Below are positions 40,802 to 54,119 of a stretch of 64,000 nucleotides of DNA, piece after piece (positions within the stretch are counted from its first letter, which is position 1; each line of letters begins with the position of its first letter). The stretch is taken from positions 1,054,001 to 1,118,000 of the forward strand of contig CP158635.1 of the NCBI GenBank assembly GCA_050273025.1, in the 5' to 3' direction. The position numbers and the translations under genes were made by a program. The notes beneath the pieces were generated by a model, which had not been told where the DNA came from, did no database searches, and worked only from the letters and a program-made list of their open reading frames with translations. The DNA is from Cenococcum geophilum. Its lineage: Eukaryota.

Positions 40802-42999
40802 GTAGAAGAAAGAAATCTACTCCACCAGTTAATGAACGAGCAAGGGTTTGTCTCTGAATTTGTTTTCGTGTGCTCATTAAGAATGTTCTTGACAAACCTT
40901 TAGCAGTGTTTATTAATTGAGATGAGGAACAAAATTTCAAAAGCGGGGATCTGGAATCGGAGATCGCGCGAGTACACAAATCGGCGAAATAATCCAAGGC
41001 TCTGAGCTTATCATTCTTGGCCACTTATTATAGTAGTAAAGGCTTTGGCAGAGAGAGCCTCACAGAGAGCGCTAAGTTTCGGTGACAAATGAGGGGCCGA
41101 GCACATTGTGGTCCTAGCGACACAGCACGTCCAGTTCTGGCGGAAGATGAGGCATGACGCAGCCGGCAAAACGCCATTACTAGAGGATATCATACGATAA
41201 TGCCATAAAGGAATGTGTATGGCTCAGAATTATCAGATTGAAGCGGCTTCAGCGCCTCAAGCTTTTCCCCTCGTTTTCCGGTGAGTAACTCGTTGGCTCC
41301 TGAAGTGATCAGGCCCGCCTTTCGTTACCGAAACGAGAGCATATGCATGTGGCGGGAACTAGACAGCAGCCGGCATGCCTGCACCCTAGGCTTTTCTAGC
41401 CGTCGCTGTATGTGGCGTGCGTGGCTGACTGAAACACTGCACGCTACACAAGAAACAGAACTCACGGTTTGTCGACCAATCCACCACAATGAATGCTCAT
41501 TGCTCGGAGGTGCCGGGAAATTCTGCCTTGCCAGCACGAACTTAGCAAGCTTCGACATGAGTGGCCATATGTGGTAAATAGCTCTCGTTACTAAGGCTGG
41601 CCACTACTGCGCTGTGCACATGCCTTACAATGGCACGTGGCAGGACTCCAATCCACAGGTTCCTGAAGCATTAGTAGTTCATAATTAGAGATTTCTAAAC
41701 TAATAGTAGATTATAGTTGCTATATCTCAAATCTTCATTGTTTACTTGCGTATCTACTAAATTTCTCCTAACTATGTTTAGTCTTCGATCTTGGCTCTAG
41801 TGGGCTGGACTGAGCTCAAATCCTCCGGATGCTGCATGCGGGGTATCTGCTCTCCCCTCCCTGTCCTAAATAGCTTTATTTGACTTTTGTCGTCAGTTCA
41901 CCTCGCCGACGACCACCGACCACGTCAACCCAGCACCCTAGGCTTGGAGGCGTTCTCAACAGAATAGTCGGCGATTACTTTGACCCCGGTCATTGATACC
42001 GCTGGCAGGGTTAAGTATTAGGTGTTCGGGACGAGGCGTCCTGTCGGGGTCAGTATGAGGCTGAAAAAGTGGGGGCGGGAAGCCTTCAAGGCCTGATTCG
42101 TAGACCACGTCAGAACGTGACCGGAAATGGCCAAACTACGCGAGTCATCAGCACTCCGGGGGCGGGGCACACCAAGATGTAGTTTGTGAGATGCGTCATC
42201 GGCCAATTGCGGGGGAGGGATCAATAAACATGCTGCGACTCGATATCAAGCGCTTAACAGATTGAAATGCCCTGAGCTTAGCCTCTCTTCCTCAGAGGCT
42301 CATTCGGAAATTGATCATTCTCTTTCTGGCTGTCACCTTGCAATCATCCGATCCGAATGATTCAGCCTTGTAGATTATGAACTTACGAACCGGAACTGAT
42401 AGGCCTCTCTGCAATTTCCCATCTCCCGAGGTGAGATTCAGAGGCTTCTCGTTTCATTTCTGTCATCAAATAAGGCATTCTTTCTTTACCCGCTTACTGA
42501 GTGGCGTTGTGGATGCAGCTGCAGTCGCGGGGCCTTTCCATGGGGCGGCTTTGAATGTGATAGGTATCGCTGTGCTTCTTTCGTAGGGTAACCGTTTAGG
42601 CGCGGACGGTTGAGGCGCTAAGCCCAGAACAGCCCAGCATACGTGAGACCTTGGCGCCTTAGGATACCCTAGCGTAGCCCGCGGAGGAGTTGATATCCTG
42701 TTCTGAGACTCTCTGTATGATTATATAATATAAACTCTCGTTTATAGAATGCCAAGATCTAAAAGTGTCTTAATGGCCGTAAGACGTAAAGTCATAGCTT
42801 TTTCGTAACGAATTTCACAGTGATTATCTACGAGGATGTACTTCTGGACGCCTCTCTGTTTACCTAAAATAACTATTTAGGGAGAAAAGGCTGTTGCGGT
42901 TAATGCCCCCGCGCTATAGTGTTTTTAGAAAGTGCTTACTATCTACCTATTCTAGGAAGGCACGTCTTAGGCGGCATAACCATCTTAACTATACACTCT

Positions 43000-45130
43000 A
43001 TTTTAATAGAAATATATATCTACATTCTCTTACGACCTAGTATTAGGTTAAAGTAGAATATATCCTTACCTTTTAAACCTTTTATAACTAGAAGCATGCT
43101 AGAGGTTTATTTAGCGTTAATTTTTAATTAAAATATAATTAATATAAGACTAATTATAGAGCTAAGAAGAATAGCTTTCTAAATAAAATATTTAAGTATA
43201 ATAAAACTCCGCATAGCTGTAGCAAATGGTCTAGGAAAAAAAATTAATATAGTATACTTTTAGGTTCTATAGAATATTTTTAGACTTTATAATTATACTA
43301 AAAATATATACTCTATAGTTGGTTTATTAGTAGATTATATCTAATAGACTTTTAAAAGTACCTTATATGGCAAAAGTATTATAAACGGTACTTAAGATAA
43401 AATAATTTCTAAAGTAAAAGAGGGTTCTTAAAAAATCTTAGTATACCTTTTATCTTAGTAATGCTAGACTTACCTAGGATACCTATAAGTTAGGATCTGC
43501 TATATAACTTCTTCTATAGAGAAGAAGATTTAAATTAACTTACTAGTAGTGTTTATACCTAGGAAACCTTCAAAGGAGTTATTTCTAGGTAGTAGAATTA
43601 TGCTAGTAGGCCTAACTTAAGCTCCTAAATACATGCCCTAGTGAAATTAAATGCTGTAAATAGTAGCCTATATATAATCTATATTTTATATAGTGCGCTA
43701 ATACCTAGGGATAAGAACTTATATAAACCGAAATAAACATAGAGTTCTATGCCATTTGTAAAAATATACCCCGGCAGATAAAACCTAAATCCGTCTAAAA
43801 ACAAAACCTATAATATATTTATTTGCCCGATCTAAGTATAAGGTATATAGCGTTAAATATAATATAGTAAAGAGTAGGCTAGTAAATATAAAGCAAAAGA
43901 AGCAGATTAGCCTTAAGAAGCTAAAGCTTAATCCGGTAATAGCTTATTAAGAAAGAAGAGGTAATTATAATCTTTATCCGGTGCGATATAAATTATCTTT
44001 TTCCACTTTACGCTGTCCCTAAGTTTCCGCTTAAAATAGAAATGCTAAGGCTTAACGTCGTTATATATATCTAAAAGAGCAATAATATTTACAAACCTTA
44101 GCAGGCTGGCGTAGCTTACTAGAGCATTTCGCTAAGCGGTAGTATCATTTTCCTAATTAACCGTTTGCTTTGCTCTTACGTATAGGTTTATATAAATGCC
44201 TAGAGTATATTAGTTACAATGCTTTAAACCTTAGATATATAATAAAAACCTATACTTAGTATACTAGACACTAAGCTTATAACTCTTCTCTAAGTCTATA
44301 TAGTCCGTAATAAAGTAAAATACCTCTAATATATTAGAGATGTTGGCCTTTACTTAAAAGTACTTTAGTAAGCCCTTAATATCGGTAATATACTATAGGG
44401 TTGGATTAACTTCCATTAATAAGCGTATATAATCCTATATAAAACTAGTAAGCATTATAACTAGGTCTACTAGGCATAGGGAGAAATGCCTAACCTTAGT
44501 AATATAAATAACTCTAGACTTCTAATTATTCCTATTTATCTTTTACCTTTTTCTTACTAGTGCCTAGGTCTCTACGGGGATGTCCTCCCACGGTATTCCA
44601 AATACACTTTTAATAAGCTCTTTAGTATTATGCTTACGGAAGTAAATAAAGTATTATACGCGCTACTATAGTTCTAACTCTTTAAAGGTGGCAATAATTT
44701 AATACTAGCTGGCATTTGCGTTCTTAGCAGCCTTACTATCTAATAGTTTAGATACTAAGGGATTAGGGATATTTAGCTTAATGTTTTACTTCCGCTTTTT
44801 TCTCTGCTTCTCTTAGGTAATAAGCTTACTTCGCTTTTCAGCTTATAGGTAATAGTGGTTATAATTACGGCGGCGCTTGTTATCTAAAGACTGGTTTTCC
44901 TTATTATTATTCTCCAGTTCGGGTGTCTCGTTATTATAAAAATTGGCGCCGCGATTAGCTTAAGCTTAAGGCTAGATTTATAGGTGGCGTTAGTTTCTAT
45001 TAAATAGATTACAAGTTTGGGATTACTGCTATTTAGAGTTAATACCTAAGTAGCTTTACTTTACTTATATTCTAAACCATAGCGCTTACCTTAGCTATCT
45101 TTAGGCTAGTTTTATTACTACTATACGCCA
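43000..45130 (-). pseudogene. RIPed gene-like relic, product not recognised
   Basis: ATG at ~45130 followed by a GTAAG donor-like site and codon-like degenerate sequence. No motif identified; extent is approximate. Confidence 0.3.
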
Positions 45131-45433
45131 TTATTAATAACCGAGATCATTAATCAGAGGAGATTTGTTTATTAAAGATAGTAATTAAAGTATAACGAGA
45201 GTATATACTATATAGGTAGAAAATAAGTAATAGGTTAGGTGTGGAATTAGAGAGTAAAGCGTTGTATAAAAATAAGGAGCAAAGTTAAATCCGGCGAAAG
45301 ATTAGGTTAGGAATCTTAAATAAGGTAAATTACTAAGGAATTAGTTTAGAGGGATTAATTAGTCTTATTATTATATTTTATTTTAGCTAGGTTTAAAATA
45401 CAGCTATATTATTATAAAAATCCAAAACACTAA

Positions 45434-48320
45434 TATTACGGACGCTTTAAGTACGATATTATGACTATTAGGAGAGGAGTTGGAAGAAGCTAGTTGGTTA
45501 ATTTAGGCACGGTCCAGAATAGAGCCAATAGAGCCATGTAACGAGGAATAGTAACTAAGGTCATATAACGTGATCTATATAATCTATACGATTTGCGTAA
45601 TCTGTAACAGAGTGTAAGAGTATATATATTAGATCCTGCCGCGCTTGCGAACAAGTTCGCAAGCACTCCGTGTCTTTTTGGCCGAATGGCGACGTTGGGG
45701 CGGGAAACGTTACAATTGTGCTTGCGAACTTACTGGGGCCAGGTATTGTGGGTTCGATCCCCACCGGTCACTTCGCTCTGGTATAGTCTAACGCGCATCC
45801 GTGCGATAAGGCGTCGGTGAAGATTCCGATCGCTTACGTTACTGGGGACTCCTAATATATGGTGCGACTCTTCGTGTGCGGACCCCCTGCGGCTTGGCGT
45901 TCGAGGACGAACGCGCAGAGGGGAGGGCAATTGTAAGAGTACATATATTAGATCCCGCCGCGCTTGCGAACAAGTTCGCAAGCACTCCGTGTCTTTTTGG
46001 CCGAATGGCGACGTTGGGGCGGGAAACGTTACACAGAGTAGATAGAGCACACGTATATTACGTATAAGAAGGATTTTATAGGAGTACGGTTGTGTATTTA
46101 AGGACCCTTAGTCCCTACCTAGATAGTTCCTTCCTTATAGTGATTCTTAGAATATAATTAGAGTTAATCTATTAGGCAACCACTCCACTAGTTATTATTA
46201 CGTTGTTAACTTTAATTTATATTACCTATATACCTAGCCTAATAACGAGCCTATTGTAGTTCCTACTATAAGGTTCCGTTATATAATTACTACCTAGTTA
46301 TAGTATTAAATATAAAAAGTTAAACAACATACCACTAAAAGCAGCCACTATAACGCCATTAACGGCGGCAACTACTTTAAGGTTAGGTAATACCAGTATA
46401 GCAAATACTAACTTATAGTAACCTGTAACGGTTAGGCAATTATAAGAGATAGTTAACTAGTTAACGGAGAATAATATAGTACTTAAAACTAGGATCAACG
46501 GGATAGGCGTAGTAAAGGTTAAGTTACTATCAATTAAAAGATTTTTAGAAGAGAGATTAAAGCTTAAGGGATTCCTTATATAAATGCACTTTAAGGTTAT
46601 GTAGGAAGGAGCTAAGCTGGTAACACCTATAGATTAAATAGCGTACGTAGGATTGTTTCTAATAGGAAGGGCACTTAAATAGTTTAAACCTTACCTTATG
46701 GAAATCTAGGTAAGTGGGATAACTACTACAAACTAAGAAGTACGGTTTATGTTCTTAAGCTAGAATGGATTTATAGAATAACTTATGTAAATGTTTGGAG
46801 ACCTAGAGGTAGTAATTATAGCGGAATAAAAACTCCAAGACATTATATAGCGAACCTTAGCAATTAAGTATATAATGTAGTTTTAGACGCTAGCAATATA
46901 AGTAAAGTAAAATAATAGGGCGCTTATAGCACAGTATAAGTAAGGACTTAAGGCTAAAGTCTAGGACGTAATTATCCTAATAGAAGATACGGAAACCCTA
47001 AGGGATTTAATAGATTAGGCGATTAAGATTAATAATTAGATCTACTAAAGGGAATAGGCTAAGAAAGGTTAGGATAGAGTTTTATAGTTATATAAGGCGT
47101 AGAGTATATAACGACTAAAGCTAAGTTAAAAACTATGGTATAGCGTAGAGCTAATAGACCTAAGTAGTACTAAAGAAGCCTATAAGAGATAGAGTAGGAA
47201 ACTATAAAAACCTAAAGGTTAAGGATCTAGTAATTATAGGACTAAAGAGCAGAGGCTAAACCAGGGATCTTAGTAGTAGAAGATATTTAGGCGGACTTTA
47301 TAATAAAGTTAATAGTTTAAAGACGGAGCTTATATAAATTATAGGAAATAAGGTTATTTTGTAAGGGATTATAAAGATAGTTAGAGCTACTATATAATAA
47401 AGGGAACCCGATTAGTAGACAATATATACATATAGAGGGATAATAGTATACTATGAGGAACAAAGGAATATTTAATTAGAAGTTTTATATTTTATTATAA
47501 TAATATATACCAAATTTATAAAGACGCTAAGTATAGCGTAAGCTATTAGCTATAGGAGCTAAAATCTATAGAGTATAGAGGAACTAACGAACTAGTTTAT
47601 AAACCAGATATTAAGAACGATGAATTTAATATAGATAAAACATTTTATAATAATAAGGTAATAAGGGCGGTTTACTAGAAATATATAGACCTTAAAGATA
47701 TTATATAAGAGGCAGAGGATAATTCCACTACAAAATAGGGAATATTAGTAGGGATTAAGACCCCGCTAAATACGATGTCTATCGCTTTATAAGACGTAAG
47801 AGAAGTAGAATAGCGAACTACTTTGGCACTTAATAAAGGCAAAAGGCTAAAGGCTTAAGACTCTTAAGACGAGATAAGAGACGACTAAGATTCTTAAGAC
47901 GAGATAAGGTAAGCTTAAGGACCTATAACGGACAGAACCCGATAGAGTAGAGCAGTAGCTTAGTTTAAAGATATATAAATAAGCTCGGAACAGAGTTTCT
48001 TATAGGTATAAGACTCTTAAGATAAGATAAATCAGATTTAAGACTCTTAAGACGAGATAAGAATACTAAGTAAGCCTAATTAGACTAAGGTAGGAGCTAA
48101 GCTTAAGCTAGAAGCGAGCTTAGGATTGAGAATCCTATAGAACTAAGACTTTAAGATATAAATAAGGACTATTAACGAGATTAGAGAATCTGCGGCATAA
48201 ATAGTAACTAGATTAAAAGACCGGTATATAGACCTAGAGGACGTACTAATAAAACATAGTGTTTAACCTAAAGATTAAAAAGCTAATATATTGGCAAAAT
48301 ATGGTACCCTACCAATAGCC
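45434..48320 (+). mobile_element. Gypsy family A element: 5' LTR 45434-46283 (containing a TRIM), gag, 3'-truncated
   Basis: LTR matches 1025-1449 once the 421-bp insert and its TSD are removed. gag from ~46329 with zinc knuckle (de-RIPed CxNCGKQGHFARDC ~47330-47372). No pol or 3' LTR seen. Confidence 0.85.
45613..46033 (+). mobile_element. TRIM (terminal-repeat retrotransposon in miniature), 421 bp
   Basis: 102-bp LTRs 45613-45714 and 45932-46033 (TGTAAG...GTTACA, 2 C/T differences), TSD CAGAG, PPT GAGGGGAGGG 45918-45927, 217-bp non-coding interior. Confidence 0.95.
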
Positions 48321-48404
48321 TCAATGGTTGGTGGTTAACGCAATTAGCGCGCAGTTGAGGGCATTTGGCAACTTGACCGACTAGCCTATATCGTGTTTTT
48401 TTAA

Positions 48405-48472
48405 TACGCAGCCTACGCGCAGCCTACGCGCAACCTGCGCGTAACCTACGCGCAACCTATATATAACCTGCA
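48405..48472 (+). repeat. 11-bp tandem repeat
   Basis: CCTACGCGCAG/A unit repeated about 5-6 times. Confidence 0.8.
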
Positions 48473-49199
48473 ACTATAATTATATTTAGAGCCATCTACC
48501 TCTTTTATACTAATAGTATATTTTAAATAATAAATAAAGGCTACTTTAAAGCTATTTATAAGGCTAGCAAGGCAAATTATATACACTTCTTTATACAATC
48601 CATTATATTATTTTAGACAATTTAATATAATATCCTAATTGTTTTATAATATATTCTAAAAGCATAAAACCTTTTCTACTCTCCCTGCGACAATAATATA
48701 CTATAAGTATTTAGCTTTGCTAGCATAGCACATATATATAGCCAAAAAGTAGCTACTAAGAGTAGTAGATATAGGCCGAAAGAAAGGTAGATTAAGAGCT
48801 AGTATATATAATAAAGAAGCCGCAGTTATCCTATAGGAGAGTATAGAAAGTCCTATACCTAATCTCCTACTAAAAACTCTACTGGCTCCTCTATACTAGA
48901 GTCTAGAGCATATATTATAAACTTTATATACTGCTCCTCATTCTTAATTAAATTTAATATTACTTTTCCGTTACTATACTAGCCATAACTATCCTCTACA
49001 AGGCTATAGTACTGCTTAAATTATGCAAATAACTTATTAGATTTAAACCTTTCCGGCCTAGGCTTACTGGTTCCTATATTTAGGACAAAGTGGTATACTA
49101 GGGCGGAGAATATATATTTTGCTAAATCTAACGAACTTAGCTAGTTCCAAAAGTTAAATTAGTAAATATTATAGTAGTAGTAGGGCCCTAGATTTTCTA

Positions 49200-49338
49200 G
49201 CTTACTCTAGGGCTCTCCCTTTAAGACGGACTTAGTGGATTAGTCTGGCTTACTTTAGAGCTCTCCATTTAGAACAAACTTGGTAAATTAGTCTGGCCTA
49301 CTCTAGAGCTCTCCCTTTAAGACAGACTTGGTAGATTA
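49200..49338. repeat. 48-bp tandem repeat (~3 copies) in a RIPed gene-like relic
   Basis: CTTACTCTAGGGCTCTCCCTTTAAGACGGACTTAGTGGATTAGTCTGG unit; length is a multiple of 3. Confidence 0.75.
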
Positions 49339-50639
49339 AATAGTATAGCCCGGCTCACCAATAAATAGCCTAAGTTAATAATCGCGTCAGTTTTGTTATC
49401 ACTAAGGCTTGCAAGAAACCTCTCTCTTGCGTTATCGCTTAGATCCGCTATAAGGTCGTTAAGGTCATCTTTATACGGGTCCTTAATAATTTCTATAGTC
49501 GATTAATCCGGCATTGGGCCTATAGCATATTTAATAACTATAGGCTAAAGCCGCAGCTAGATTCTAAATTGCTATTTTTTAGATATCTGGTTCTAGCTGC
49601 TTAAGAGGTTAGCGTAGGCTTCTATAACGGGTTAGAGAATAATAATAGGTAGTAAAACACTGGATATGCACTAACCGCTAATAACAGTGCCATAAAAGTT
49701 GTCCGTTCCCTTAGACCTAGTTCTATACTCCCTAATTATATAATATATTACTATTAAAACAAAAGCAATAGTGTTACTAGTAAGCTTTTTAAACATATTA
49801 TAAGAGTAGGGTAATTAGGTAAGGCCGTTTCTTCCTCTACCGTGAAATATACTAGCTATACTAGCAACTATCGCGTCAAAACAGAAGCGGTTATTACTTA
49901 GCTATTAACTCTTATTAGTATTTTACTAAATAGCATAGGTAAAATACCTTTATGTAATCCAGCGCAATAAAATTGTAATTAGTTAGTAGTTCCACGATCA
50001 GTTTAGGCGCGTCGTTAAACCCTAGCCTATATACCTCCCTTATAACTATATGAGCCTTCGTAATTATATAGTTTCTAAAGTTCCCTATTATATTAAATAG
50101 CTGTATATAATATTAAGATTGTTAGTGGACAATTTAATATAATATTTCTAGTATATAGATACCTTATAAGCGGACACCAGGTTAGGAATATAATTAGCTT
50201 TTTTTTGCACTGCTTTCGGCTGCTTTAAAATAGCTTCTAACTATGCCTTTTTTATTATATCCTTAATAAGGCCTAGAAAGCGGTCGAACTATAGGTTAAT
50301 AAGATGCCCGTCATAAGTCCTAAAGTTAGTTACTAGCCTTATTAGTAAAATAGACCTATAAAGCGCAAATATAGGCTTATATCTCTTAGGTAGGTTTTCT
50401 TTTATGCGTCGCCGTTATAATATCTAGAGGTACTCTTCTCTTACCTGTATCGCGGTAGTTAGGTCAAAATTGTTATAGTCTAACTTGTCCTTACTTTTCC
50501 TAGTGCTATCTAGGTCCCCTTTAGATTGAACACTAGATTAGTATACTCTATATTAGAGGGAGGTCACTTGTTTCATGGACGAAGCTATATTAGGGTTTAG
50601 GCAAATATAGCTTACTAGGGAGAATATAAAGCCAAATAT

Positions 50640-50767
50640 TAGTTATTTACGCGATAAGGTTTAAATTAGGCGCGCGGGAGAGTATTTTAAACTAGCACGC
50701 AATTATTTACGCGGTAAGGTACGGATTAGGCGTATAAGAGAGTATTTTAAACTAATACGCAATTATT
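50640..50767. repeat. 60-bp tandem repeat x2
   Basis: TTATTTACGCG.TAAGGT...GAGAGTATTTTAAACTA..ACGCAA occurs twice. Confidence 0.8.
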
Positions 50768-51057
50768 AAGAGCCGGAGGTATATTACAAAGATGCTGCTT
50801 TTTATAGCGGTGGGCGGTTAGATAGTAAAGAGAGTATTCTATTTACTAGGGCTCGCTAAGTGCCAAATAGTAAAGGAGACTATTAAGTATTGCAGTTAGA
50901 CTCTAGTTATATATAAAGGTATAACCTACCTTAACCAAAAGATTGGGACTTTATATCTGTAACTAAGCTAGTTCTACTGCCAGATTATTAACAGATTTAG
51001 TAGATTTATTAATATTTAGTCGCTGTCGTTTTGTAGAAGAAGCAGGTGTAAACTTGC

Positions 51058-51368
51058 AGTCACTATCCTTATTATCGGAGATTACCCTTTTTAGCCGGAG
51101 GCGGCTATATACATTCTATATATTATTAGCCAGCTTAATATATTATATACAACATTAATAGGGTTTATTACATGCCTGCTCCTCTTTATACCCAGATATA
51201 ACTAGACCAGAGTCGCTATTCTTATTATTAAATATTACCCTTTTAAGCCGGAGGCGGCTATATACATTCTATACATTATTAGCCAGCTTAATATATTATA
51301 TTTAACGTTAACGGGGTCTATTACGTACCTGCTCCTCTTTACGCCCAAATATAACTAGACCAGAGTCA
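51058..51368. repeat. ~153-bp tandem repeat x2
   Basis: GCCGGAGGCGGCTATATACATTCTATA at 51094 and 51247. Confidence 0.85.
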
Positions 51369-54119
51369 CAATATTGCTCGTTCTAGCTGGGTTCTACATA
51401 CTCGTTCTCCGTTAGCGCGTTCTTCCTTCTATTAGCTAGGACGTAGGCAACTCTTAGTAGTAGGCTAGGTAGAGACATAAGGTTAATTGTACCAGTTATC
51501 CTCGTTTCCTTATCCTATATTAACTTAAAGTAGGGTTCTTATTACTAGTTTAAGTATTTAATAACGCGTTTTTACGTTTACCTGCTATAGTAACACTTCT
51601 ATATTTGCCTAGTTAGCAGAAGGTATAGCTTATAGCTAGAATAGGTTACCTTATAGCTATTTCTATAATATCTAGGGCGTATATAGATTAACAACTTAAA
51701 AGAATGTATACTGGTATAGTATATATTAAACTAATAGCAGTATTAGTAGGAGTATTATTGCTATAGTGCTTATAAATAACTTAAATAGGGGTGCATTTAT
51801 TATAATTAGCTGCTAGTTCTAACCGGTTGCGGTTAAGCTATAACCGCGACCTATTAACTCGCGTTAAGTTAGTAGTTAAGAAAATATTATTATATAGTTA
51901 AAGATTATCTAATACTATTTGCTATTATACACGAAACTGTTTTATTCTATTAGTATATCCCTTAGTAGATACGGTATGCGTATATAAAAGGTTAAATATT
52001 AATCCCGGCAATAAAAGCAGCAGGCTAGTAAGGCTTGTGTCTAAATTTAATAGGGAGGTATCTTATTAAACCACTTTACCTACCTAGGGCGCTGGCTTTT
52101 AGATCCTATACCTTATTCCGGTCCACCTATACTAGGTTTAATACCCGTCTTGCGCTTAAAGTAAAGCTTATCTACCTTATCCGTGCAGCTCGCTAGTATA
52201 GATAATACTAGGGTAGGTATAGGCGGTATATAGGACAGTAATTACACTTCTATATAGTTATATCGCCATATTTTATACCCTTATATAATACCTAGTATTT
52301 CTACCGCAAACATCTAACGTTATTTTTCCGCGTCATTAACCCCGCTAGCCTATAGTAAGCCTAACCTATCCCCTATATATATATCGCAACAGTAATTAAA
52401 TTTAGCAGAATGGCAAGGAAAGCGCAAGCATAAATATAAGGATTGGGTGTTAGATACTAAGAGTAAGCCGGGGACGGTGTTAATATATATTACCCTAATA
52501 AGTTTACTAAAAAAAATAGGTATAAACCTTAGGCTTTATCGTCTAATCCCCTTAGGCGTTTTAAGAATGCTGGATAAGTTATAAGAATATCTCGGGTTAT
52601 ATTATTCTAAAACTCCCTTGCCTAATAGTATACTAAGGGGCTCTATTAAGCCGTCTACCTTTATATATAGTAATCTATTAAACCAGTAAACATTCTAGAT
52701 AAAGTAGTGGCTTTAAGGCGTATAATCTATGCTATAGTTATAGTTGCCTTTGCCTTTTCTGTTACGGGTTAAGGCGTAGAGTAAGGGCTCTTTTTTAACT
52801 AGGAGAGGTTTTTTAGAACAGCTATAGGTCAAGTATCGCCTTAGTATTGACCCGTTTACCAGTTCTACCTATTTTTGTATATATAGAGTACAAGTTATCT
52901 AGTGAAGGCAAGGATACGGAAATAGAGGGTAAGTAATTATATCGTTCTTGGCTGGTAGCGTAGACTGTAAATACAAGTTAGTGACGCTGGCTTAACTTTA
53001 AGCAGTAACCTACTTATTTTTCTTTATTCTATTATAAATAAAAACCTATCCATTTCTTATAGAAATATATCCTTAACTATACTGCGCCATTTCTCTTTAT
53101 TTATAAGCTAAATTCGTCCTCTAGCTATCTTATTGCCAATATAGTAGTAAAGCGTTTCGCTCTTAGGGTTAAAGTTAATATCCTAGCCTAGTATATCTAT
53201 AAATGTATTAAAGCTTAGATTATTAACGTATATATCTAGAGTATCATTTTTGCTAGTCGCTAGCTTTTAGGTTAGGATAATTATTGGCTCTTTATTAGCT
53301 GCCTGCTAAATTAATATTGTTATTATTCTATATAACCTTAGTATTCCCTCCTGCCTTATTGCCTTTAGTATACCGGCTGGTGGATAATATGTAATGGCGG
53401 AGTGTGGGAGTACTAGGTTACCTGTTATAATTTACCTAGTAAAAGCCGTTTTGTTTATTTAACGCGTTATATTATAGCTGCAGCGCTAGGTAAGCTATTT
53501 AACATATTTAGTATATAGGTTCTTAGGTAAACCTAAAAACACAAATAGAAATTCGTTAGAGATTTCGTTTAATATTTACCGTATTTATGCCTTACTTATA
53601 AGGGAGCGTAGTGGCTATCTAAAGAGCCCACGCATTAATATTTTAATTTTAACATCATAGTAGATTGTATTATATTATTCATTTATAAGCCCTAAATCTC
53701 GCTTAAGAGTGTCTTTGGTATTATAGCTTAGGTCTGTTGTTAGTGCCATAATTCTAAAAGCGTTAAGGGAGGTACGGTAGAAAAGACGTCTTAATTACGC
53801 GCCAAGACTAATATACAGAATTGTGTAGATAGGTATATTATTTAGTTATTATATAAAATAATTAGTTAAATGTCTTATAAGAAATAAATAAGCGTATTAG
53901 CGAACGCTTCTTCACCCGCTATACTACCTAGACTTACGACCTCCTATCCCTTTTACGTCTCCGTCTATAAGCTTGATTTAGCACCTAAATTTATTAATAC
54001 TTTTTTTTTATATATTTTTTATATATTTATTATATTATACTATGTATAATAATACACATACAGCCTCTAGGCTATAGTACTATAGTTCTATATATATAAA
54101 TCCTTTCTAGGCAGCTTAA

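Noticed and set aside
40704..42586. Short ORFs (60-106 aa) in the GC island
   Set aside because: No domain, signal peptide or splice support visible; expected by chance in GC-balanced intergenic DNA.
45613..46033. Hammerhead, HDV-like, hairpin or twister ribozyme in the TRIM (retrozyme idea)
   Set aside because: No CUGAnGA core on either strand and only superficial resemblance to the other classes; an Infernal search would be needed.
45561..46067. ORFs across the TRIM
   Set aside because: They run through both LTRs and repeat the same peptide, so they are artefacts of a non-coding element.
48600..49100. Ulp1-like peptidase
   Set aside because: Catalytic motifs could not be placed in a single frame.
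43000..53900. Starship captain (DUF3435 tyrosine recombinase)
   Set aside because: No catalytic motifs recognised by eye; not excluded without an HMM search on de-RIPed sequence.
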